Source: a virus (taxonomy: Duplodnaviria > Caudoviricetes). Taken from it: DNA of 50,006 nt. The position numbers and the translations under genes are program-made. Shown piece after piece: positions 37,561-43,649 of this stretch. How positions within the stretch are numbered: the stretch's first letter is position 1; the number at the start of each line of letters is the position of its first letter. The stretch lies in the IMG/VR virus record IMGVR_UViG_3300012041_000007, positions 1 to 50,006 of that record; one strand, given 5' to 3'. The notes below the pieces were generated by a model that searched no databases, was not told where the DNA came from, and was given only the letters and a program-made list of their open reading frames with translations.

Positions 37561-37977
37561 ACTTGTAGATTTGATTCAATGCTGGAGAATGAGAAGCTAA
37601 ATCCTAGTGTCTATCGTTCATTTCCAGATTGACTTCTCGAAACAAGACTTCAAGCAATTTCTTCCTGAAATCTGTATCCTTTGTGTTGAAGACGTTGGTT
37701 CTCAATCCAATGAGTTTGGGAACGATTGCCAGAACGTCATTGTAATTGATTCCAGAGACCTTCTGATAGCAACGAATACGAAAGACAACCTTGTCAATGT
37801 TCTCGGTAGTAATCTCACCGATGTCAATGACCATAGTTGTCCAAATCATTGCTTCAATGGCAGTCCAATTCTCTTTCTGCCATTCTTTGTCTAGCTTACA
37901 CTCCGTAATGTCCCAAGTTAGTGCCATACAGACCCTTTCTTTACTAATCTGTCCAGCACTGAATGAAACCTACAAGT
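37561..37977 (-). repeat. Stem F: 26-bp inverted repeat (37561-37586 / 37952-37977) enclosing gene 37604..37927
   Basis: ACTTGTAGATTTGATTCAATGCTGGA vs reverse complement ACTTGTAGGTTTCATTCAGTGCTGGA (23/26). Confidence 0.92.
37604..37927 (-). CDS. Early hypothetical protein
   Basis: 107 aa; AGAAAGGG SD. Confidence 0.8.
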   Translation of the reverse strand: MALTWDITECKLDKEWQKENWTAIEAMIWTTMVIDIGEITTENIDKVVFRIRCYQKVSGINYNDVLAIVPKLIGLRTNVFNTKDTDFRKKLLEVLFREVNLEMNDRH

Positions 37978-37983
37978 CTAATT

Positions 37984-38441
37984 GTTTGTGTGCTTTACTG
38001 GTAGCCTGAAAAGAACCCTAATTAGAACTTGGGTTCGTTGTCGTAATCGAAGTGTTCCGAAATGGACATCGAAGGATAGCTTTTGTCCATCGCAGTTGAG
38101 ATGTCATTACGAAGGTGAATGAGACGATTCTCAGCGTCAGACAATTGCTCTCTGAGCTTGTTGTTCTCCTTCTGCAACGATTCAATCTTGGCTTTCTGAC
38201 TCTCCGATTCATAGTTCGGAGGCTGAATAACCATGATTGCTTCCACCAAGTCTTTCGCTTCCTTCAAACCAATGTCAACCTTGGCAACAGTGTAAGTCTT
38301 TGTGCCATAGTGAACGGTTTCAACTGTCTGTGTTGTGACAACCACAGGAAGGTCACGAATAACCTTGATTGCATCGATTTTGTGAGTAGGCATCTTCATA
38401 GTAGCACTAACCTTTCTAGGCTACCAATGAAGCACACAAAC
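37984..38441 (-). repeat. Stem E: 30-bp inverted repeat (37984-38013 / 38412-38441) enclosing gene 38022..38399
   Basis: GTTTGTGTGCTTTACTGGTAGCCTGAAAAG vs GTTTGTGTGCTTCATTGGTAGCCTAGAAAG (26/30). Confidence 0.92.
38022..38399 (-). CDS. Ribosomal protein bL12 C-terminal-domain-like protein with coiled-coil tail
   Basis: KIDAIKVIRDL and IGLKEAKDLVE match bL12 KI.VIK.VR...LGLKEAKDLVE, split by a ~25-aa insertion. Confidence 0.7.
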   Translation of the reverse strand: MKMPTHKIDAIKVIRDLPVVVTTQTVETVHYGTKTYTVAKVDIGLKEAKDLVEAIMVIQPPNYESESQKAKIESLQKENNKLREQLSDAENRLIHLRNDISTAMDKSYPSMSISEHFDYDNEPKF

Positions 38442-38475
38442 TGTTTGTGGATTTGATAAGTGGGCCAAAGTTGAA

Positions 38476-38661
38476 TTACTTCTTGTCTTTCCAGAAGTCT
38501 TTCTGGTTGTCCAGTGACTTCTGAAGTTCGCAGGCTTTGCAAATGCGGTCTGTTTTGGGATTGCAGACCACATACATTCCATTGGGATTGTCTACATGCT
38601 TAACGCAGTAGTAATTCCCATCCCAATCTACCCAACCAACGATAACATCGTAGTCAGGCAT
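38476..38661 (-). CDS. Early small Cys/His protein
   Basis: CVKH...CKAC; TAATG coupling. Confidence 0.7.
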   Translation of the reverse strand: MPDYDVIVGWVDWDGNYYCVKHVDNPNGMYVVCNPKTDRICKACELQKSLDNQKDFWKDKK

Positions 38662-38861
38662 TAGGATTGTCCTTCCTGAAACACAGAGAATGACTCGATG
38701 TCATTGACTTTGACATACTCAGGAAGTTTCTTGTCACCCTCGAAATAGATAATCAATTCGGGATGATAGATGTTGTCGGAAGGGTGTGGATAAGTGCTTA
38801 TTCCACGAACCTTAGCGATTTGGCTTTGAGAGCCATTCTTGAAGTTAAGATGGAGAACCAT
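38661..38861 (-). CDS. Early hypothetical protein (start revised to ATG 38861)
   Basis: AGAAAGG SD; longer track ORF runs into stem D arm. Confidence 0.7.
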   Translation of the reverse strand: MVLHLNFKNGSQSQIAKVRGISTYPHPSDNIYHPELIIYFEGDKKLPEYVKVNDIESFSVFQEGQS

Positions 38862-38914
38862 ACAGAACAGACCTTTCTGGCCCACCAACCAAATCCACAA
38901 ACATAACAATCTAT

Positions 38915-39010
38915 TGGTAAAGGCCGGTTTACAGTTCGTTTAACCCTCACTCTGTAAATCGCCTCATGAGCAGAGTATTTGTTCTTGTTTAAGGAACGGC
39001 ACCTTTACCA
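38915..39010 (-). ncRNA. ORF-free ~96-nt rod-like hairpin between stems C and D
   Basis: TGGTAAAGG/CCTTTACCA closing stem; inner ACTCTG/CAGAGT. Confidence 0.5.
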
Positions 39011-39377
39011 GTAAGACATTGCCTTGTGAAGTTCTTAAGTAGTTCTGAAGGCTGATTGATTAGTTAGAGAACCGGAAGCGGTTCGTAAACTTCGTTTTCG
39101 TAGCCTTTGCCATTGTTTGCGACACGCTCTTGCAGACGAGCCATGTCACGGTTCAAGGCATTGTGAAAGCGAATGGCCTTCGTGTGGATAGCTGCCATTT
39201 GAAGCGCCTCACTGAATGTGAAACCATCCAGTTTGATGCTCATCAAAGCAGCCCAATTGTCTGTGCGGATTGCATCCTGAAAGTCACAGAGCTTAACCAT
39301 CTTGATGTCCATAGTAACTCCTGTTTGGTGTTTAGCCATTCAGAACTACCAAAGAACCTCACAAGGTTTTGTCTTAC
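39011..39377 (-). repeat. Stem C: 39-bp inverted repeat (39011-39049 / 39339-39377) enclosing gene 39064..39312
   Basis: GTAAGACATTGCCTTGTGAAGTTCTTAAGTAGTTCTGAA vs GTAAGACAAAACCTTGTGAGGTTCTTTGGTAGTTCTGAA (33/39). Confidence 0.95.
39064..39312 (-). CDS. Early hypothetical protein (start revised to ATG 39312)
   Basis: AGGAG SD 5 nt before ATG. Confidence 0.75.
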   Translation of the reverse strand: MDIKMVKLCDFQDAIRTDNWAALMSIKLDGFTFSEALQMAAIHTKAIRFHNALNRDMARLQERVANNGKGYENEVYEPLPVL

Positions 39378-39386
39378 CTAGACTGC

Positions 39387-39715
39387 GGAGATTAGATGCT
39401 CAATAGGTGGGCCGAGTGAAAGGGTTACGAAGCGATGCCGTTCTTAATGTTGATTACCCAAACGTTACGCAAAGACTGGTTGCGAACCTGAACGGTGCCG
39501 TCTGCAAGGTCACGAACCGAGCAGTAACCAGAACCATTGTAGGTATTCATCATGAAGTCTTTGCCAGCGTTCAGGTCAGTGACTACAGACAAGCGATTCT
39601 TGTAGTCTCGACCGTAAGCGGGGGAAAGTGTTCCACCAGAGAGTTTCTGAGTAGTCTGAGTAGTGTTTGCCATGATTAATTCCAATCTGGCCCACCTACT
39701 GAACACCTAATCTCC
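39387..39715 (-). repeat. Stem B: 27-bp inverted repeat (39387-39413 / 39689-39715) enclosing gene 39425..39673
   Basis: GGAGATTAGATGCTCAATAGGTGGGCC vs GGAGATTAGGTGTTCAGTAGGTGGGCC (24/27; all three differences are G:U on the mRNA). Confidence 0.95.
39425..39673 (-). CDS. Early hypothetical protein (start revised to ATG 39673)
   Basis: PAYGRDYK...GKDF motif; lies within stem B loop. Confidence 0.75.
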   Translation of the reverse strand: MANTTQTTQKLSGGTLSPAYGRDYKNRLSVVTDLNAGKDFMMNTYNGSGYCSVRDLADGTVQVRNQSLRNVWVINIKNGIAS

Positions 39716-40407
39716 AAGGATTGTGGACTCGTTTGAGTCTACTGAGCAGGGTTAACTAGCGGTTGCCGATTGCGTCTGCGATTGTCTGGTTGACAACCCC
39801 AGTGTCGGGAAGCGAAACAACTGCCGGGATGACTTCGGCAGGAGTGTTGACTACGACAGGCTGAATGACTTCTCCGGCAGACTTCAGCGAAGCCTTCCAA
39901 AGACCGTCGGCCTTCAGCTTGTTGATGTGAACGGACAAGCGATTGCAGAAGGAGTCCAGCGTTTCGGCAGGGAAACCGATTGCCTTCTGTCCTTCGTTGC
40001 TCGTGTGGAACGCCGTGGCAAGAGTGATTGCACGGTCTTCCGTTTCCGCGTAATCGTTATCGAACAGGAACGAAGCCACTTCCTTGACTTCGATGTTCTC
40101 CTTGATTACGGCAGAACGCTCGACTTCCAGCCCGCCTCTGACGAAAGACTCTTTCATCATTGACTGGTTGAAATTGAAGACCTGTTCCATACTGTCAACC
40201 ACTTCCTTGAAGGAAACGGAAGCCAGATGGTCAAAGGTGAAACGAACAGCAACACCGTTGACGAGAACCGGAACGGCAATCGTCTTGATTGTTACTGTTC
40301 CCTTTGCCGCCTTGCCTTTGCGGGGAACCTGCACTGTGTGAATGGTAAGAGCCATTGAACTACCTCAGAGAGTTAGCCCAGTAGACTCGAAAGAATCCAC
40401 AATCCTT
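39716..40407 (-). repeat. Stem A: 32-bp inverted repeat (39716-39747 / 40376-40407) enclosing gene 39756..40355
   Basis: AAGGATTGTGGACTCGTTTGAGTCTACTGAGC vs AAGGATTGTGGATTCTTTCGAGTCTACTGGGC (28/32). Confidence 0.95.
39756..40355 (-). CDS. First early protein, hypothetical
   Basis: 199 aa; GAGGT SD; higher GC than rest of genome. Confidence 0.85.
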   Translation of the reverse strand: MALTIHTVQVPRKGKAAKGTVTIKTIAVPVLVNGVAVRFTFDHLASVSFKEVVDSMEQVFNFNQSMMKESFVRGGLEVERSAVIKENIEVKEVASFLFDNDYAETEDRAITLATAFHTSNEGQKAIGFPAETLDSFCNRLSVHINKLKADGLWKASLKSAGEVIQPVVVNTPAEVIPAVVSLPDTGVVNQTIADAIGNR

Positions 40408-40410
40408 TAA

Positions 40411-40584
40411 CTCACGCGATTCTCGATGTCTAGCCGTTTGCTATTCTTAGGCTGGCAGAGTTACCGGACACGATACGCTTGGGAAGCGTTCGTTCTACCG
40501 GCAACCGTAGCCATTCAATAGGTGTTGGGAACACCAACCACCAAGTGATAGCAGGGACGCTAGGCTGTCGAGCCGTCACGTGAG
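40411..40584 (-). ncRNA. ~174-nt highly structured leader RNA
   Basis: Nested pairings CTCACG/CGTGAG, CTCGA/TCGAG, CTAGC/GCTAG, TGCTAT/ATAGCA, TGGC/GCCA, GTTGCCGG/CCGGTAAC, ACGCTT/AAGCGT, GGTGTT/AACACC; no ORF. Confidence 0.65.
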
Positions 40585-40593
40585 CCGTATTCA

Positions 40594-40606
40594 GTTGTCA
40601 AAGAAC
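40594..40606 (-). promoter_or_regulatory. rRNA-type boxA antitermination element
   Basis: GTTCTTTGACAAC(TGAATA) resembles rrn boxA (GYTCTTTRAMAA); ~100 nt downstream of a promoter and preceded by hairpins. Confidence 0.6.
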
Positions 40607-40709
40607 TAAGGCTTCGAGGTTCAGCACCAACCATGTAACGGGTGCCTGTCACTCTAACCAGCACTAATCAGTAGTGCCCACTGTCTTAACGAACGAGTCT
40701 TACAATTGA

Positions 40710-40737
40710 TTAGACGCTAAAGAGAAGGAAAGGTTCC
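40710..40737 (-). promoter_or_regulatory. ECF sigma (sigmaE-type) promoter for early transcript
   Basis: GGAACC-N16-GTCTAA. Confidence 0.6.
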
Positions 40738-40926
40738 CGGCCTGCGCGTGTGAGAATCCAACCCCAACAATACCCACCCCCCACACCCCGATTTACTTTT
40801 GGTTCCATTTGCTCCGCAAATCGGAAAGGTAGCTACTGAGTGTCTTTGTCACAAAAATAAGTACCTAAACAAAAATAAGGATTGTTAGTTGAATCACTAA
40901 AAATAAAAAAATCAAAAAGTTTAGGA

Positions 40927-40944
40927 CGTCCCAGTTTGGGGACA
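40927..40944. promoter_or_regulatory. Third copy of 18-bp palindromic operator
   Basis: CGTCCCAGTTTGGGGACA. Confidence 0.6.
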
Positions 40945-40988
40945 AACCTAGGACAGCAATTTCCTGCAAAATCCCTAGGAAAAACGGC

Positions 40989-41017
40989 TTGTACTCCTGT
41001 ACATAATGTGGTAAGGT
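40989..41017 (+). promoter_or_regulatory. Candidate late promoter
   Basis: TTGTAC-17-TAAGGT with extended TG, upstream of terS; weak match. Confidence 0.4.
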
Positions 41018-41035
41018 AGTCCTCGGCACGGAAGT

Positions 41036-41575
41036 ATGTCAATGTATATTACAAGAGAAGAATTAGAAGCTCGGTTAAAGAAAACCGAATTACACATTGA
41101 ACAACGTACTAGAAAGCCAAGATTAAAAGAAGAACGATTAACACAAGACGAACGTACCCTCATTGGAATCCTCGATTCAGTAGATACCCAAAAGAATATA
41201 GCTGATTTAATGGGAGTGTCACAGACGACAGTCTCTAATAATAGTCGAGGTCTAATTGGTGTTGCAACCGGAGTTAATCAAGAACTAAAGGAAAGAGTTA
41301 AAGCTGGAAAAGAAGAAATAGCTGAAGAAAGATTAGAACACGAAAAGAAGATTCAGGAACAATTAATCACTAACTTAGCTGCCGCTCTTGGTCATGTTGC
41401 TAATAACATGAGTAATACCGATGCGAGCGAAGCCTCTAAGATTGCCGTCGATATGTCTAAGATTCTTGATCGAGTTTCCTCCCCTGGAAAAGAATCAAAA
41501 GGCAATCGAACGGCAATTATCATTAATGTTCCTGCAATGAAGGAAGAGAAGCACTATCAAACAATCGACGTGTGA
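41036..41575 (+). CDS. Putative terminase small subunit (HTH)
   Basis: TQKNIADLMGVSQTTVS HTH, helical middle, IIINVP beta tail; first late gene. Confidence 0.6.
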   Translation: MSMYITREELEARLKKTELHIEQRTRKPRLKEERLTQDERTLIGILDSVDTQKNIADLMGVSQTTVSNNSRGLIGVATGVNQELKERVKAGKEEIAEERLEHEKKIQEQLITNLAAALGHVANNMSNTDASEASKIAVDMSKILDRVSSPGKESKGNRTAIIINVPAMKEEKHYQTIDV

Positions 41576-41585
41576 GGAGAAACAA

Positions 41586-41936
41586 ATGCCTTTAGCAATG
41601 ATTACGTTTTTGGATGGTCGTGGTAATCCAGTTGATCCAGGTTATGGTCAAGAAGTACCTGTAGGTGGATGGGGCGGAAGGCCAGATAACTCTTTACCGG
41701 GTTATGGAAGGCCAGACAATTCATTACCTAGACCATTACCGCCCGGTTCGATTGGAACACTTCCCGTTTTTCCATTCGATCCAACGATTGACAATTCTCT
41801 TCCAACTCCTCCAGCAACAGTAACTCCTCCCATTCAACTACATCCCGGTCTTAAGTTAGTAGTGAAGTGGGTGGCTTGTTTAGGATTCGTTGCTGTTCCC
41901 GATCAAGAACTTCCAGAGCACGCACAACCAAAGTAG
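41586..41936 (+). CDS. Pro/Gly-rich protein with (P/I)DNSLP repeats
   Basis: GAGGAG SD; GRPDNSLP x2 and IDNSLP. Confidence 0.75.
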   Translation: MPLAMITFLDGRGNPVDPGYGQEVPVGGWGGRPDNSLPGYGRPDNSLPRPLPPGSIGTLPVFPFDPTIDNSLPTPPATVTPPIQLHPGLKLVVKWVACLGFVAVPDQELPEHAQPK

Positions 41937-41942
41937 GGCAAA

Positions 41943-42125
41943 ATGCCAAGTGGATACAATCCAGAAGAAACGTCTAGAGATTGGGAAACGCTCCAACAGG
42001 ATACGGATTCCAAAACTCAACGTCTACGTATTAAAGGTGGCTGGCTCTACCGTACTGTAACAACAGCTTCACAGCACGTAGCTTTAGCGTTTGTTTCAGT
42101 TCATGACGAGAGCATCGATGACTAG
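41943..42125 (+). CDS. Hypothetical protein
   Basis: RLRIKGGWLYR motif seen in small phage proteins. Confidence 0.65.
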   Translation: MPSGYNPEETSRDWETLQQDTDSKTQRLRIKGGWLYRTVTTASQHVALAFVSVHDESIDD

Positions 42126-42142
42126 AGTCTTAAAGGTGGCCA

Positions 42143-42547
42143 ATGAGAGTATGTCTAGCACTATGCCTACTCCTAATAACAGCATGTGATAGAGAAATAA
42201 CTATCAATCTACCAACAGAACCTACTCAAAAAGAAGAACCGAAAGTAATTACTAGCAAGATAGAGTTTAGGGTTGTTGGTAATGCTTCTTCTGTTAGGAT
42301 TAGGTATAGTACTCCGGCTGATGGATTGATACAGACAGTAACCTCTTTACCATTCTTTGCAGCATTTAACACGACTGAGAGCTTACTGTTCTTATCATTA
42401 GACGTAACACCATTAGCATATCCATTGTCAGTGACGTTACCTTTCCTATCAGCGCAAGTGTTTGTTAACGGTAATCTGTTCCGAGAAGCAACTAGTAGTG
42501 ATTTCTTCTCAACTACCTTATCGGTGACTGGCACATGGAGAAGATAG
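42143..42547 (+). CDS. Predicted lipoprotein with Ig-like beta-sandwich
   Basis: Signal peptide MRVCLALCLLLITA-C lipobox; AAGGTGG SD. Confidence 0.7.
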   Translation: MRVCLALCLLLITACDREITINLPTEPTQKEEPKVITSKIEFRVVGNASSVRIRYSTPADGLIQTVTSLPFFAAFNTTESLLFLSLDVTPLAYPLSVTLPFLSAQVFVNGNLFREATSSDFFSTTLSVTGTWRR

Positions 42548-42771
42548 GAGATTGGGAAATATCTACCCTTAAAGTAGAGGGAGATGTTAATACTGGTAGA
42601 GGCCAGCAGTTTACATTTTGTTTTTATAGTGTGAAGACTAATAGAAAGTTTCCTCGTATTATTTCTTTTTTAGAGCCGTACGAACACGGATTTCTCATTG
42701 AGATTTTAACAAGTGAAACTAAATCACTTGATCGTGTCTTAGAGTTAGAAAAAGAGCCAACCTGTCTTTAA
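42535..42771 (+). CDS. Hypothetical protein
   Basis: 78 aa, GGTG SD, overlaps upstream stop. Confidence 0.55.
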   Translation: MEKIGDWEISTLKVEGDVNTGRGQQFTFCFYSVKTNRKFPRIISFLEPYEHGFLIEILTSETKSLDRVLELEKEPTCL

Positions 42772-42783
42772 GGAGATTGAACA

Positions 42784-43176
42784 ATGGCGACTGAAAAGAC
42801 CTACGGACCAGAGAAACCAGCTACGTTACCTGTTGTTCCTCCAACAGATAAAGAAAGAGCAGAACAGTTAGCAAGGCAGAAAGATCCTGTTCCTACTCCT
42901 ACTGGATTACCAAAGACTCCACGAGAAGCATTAGAACGTGAACGACTTCTCCATCCAGTTGTTGCTGTAGCTGCTCATCTTCCAACTGACTTTGATGAAC
43001 CTTTCAAGGTTGCAGAGCCGAGAGAATTAACTCCGGCTGAACAAGAAACAAAGAAACAGAAGGATGAACTAGTCAAACAGATTAGTGAAATCCTTGGTAA
43101 GTTTGACCATCGAGAGTCAAACATTCCTGCTAATCACGAATACTGGGCTTTGGTTGCCAAATTCAGAGCACTCTAA
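42784..43176 (+). CDS. Hypothetical protein
   Basis: AAGGAG SD. Confidence 0.75.
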   Translation: MATEKTYGPEKPATLPVVPPTDKERAEQLARQKDPVPTPTGLPKTPREALERERLLHPVVAVAAHLPTDFDEPFKVAEPRELTPAEQETKKQKDELVKQISEILGKFDHRESNIPANHEYWALVAKFRAL

Positions 43177-43556
43177 TGATAGCAAAGCTAATAGGTCAGC
43201 CGGGTACCTACAGAGGTATCAATACTGACCACGCAGTTAGTGTCGTTGGTAGAGATGTAACTATTGCTCAACCTCCAGAAGAATCGGGAGATAGGATTTG
43301 GGTATTGGATGCAATTCAATACTCATTTGCTATGGAGGAAGGTGCAGTAGCAACAGCCGCGCCGGTTAGAAGTAGACTAACAGTTAGACTGGATGACAAG
43401 ATTAAATGGGATGCAGACATTCCAGACTTTACTGGAGTTCTGAATCTCTATATTCCTAGTCAAACAGATAAGACTATTAGTGTTACTTTACAGGCAGCCG
43501 GTCCGAATTACGTTGGTAAGTTAAATGTCCAATGGCATTTGGAGCCTGCTCAGTGA
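43176..43556 (+). CDS. Hypothetical beta-rich protein
   Basis: TAATG coupling. Confidence 0.7.
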   Translation: MIAKLIGQPGTYRGINTDHAVSVVGRDVTIAQPPEESGDRIWVLDAIQYSFAMEEGAVATAAPVRSRLTVRLDDKIKWDADIPDFTGVLNLYIPSQTDKTISVTLQAAGPNYVGKLNVQWHLEPAQ

Positions 43557-43649
43557 TTAGTCGCACTGGCGGCACGGCGCAGCCGGGCAAACGGGCGCAG
43601 CAAGTAGCGGGTGGAGCTTCACGTTCACCAGCACGCTCTTGATCTTGTT

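Larger units (their letters stand above)
38442..38903 (-). repeat. Stem D: 26-bp inverted repeat (38442-38467 / 38878-38903) enclosing two coupled genes
   Basis: TGTTTGTGGATTTGATAAGTGGGCCA vs TGTTTGTGGATTTGGTTGGTGGGCCA (23/26). Confidence 0.92.

Noticed and set aside
38862-39706. Longer track starts at 38909, 39339 and 39706
   Set aside because: They begin within or beyond stem arms without SD; internal ATGs at 38861, 39312 and 39673 fit better.
37561-40407. Stem array as integron cassettes, IS/MITE ends or invertible DNA segments
   Set aside because: No integrase, transposase or invertase is recognisable; each repeat pair is different; no target duplications or attC GTTRRRY cores; all genes share one orientation; mismatch bias fits RNA pairing. 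ssDNA folding is not strictly excluded.
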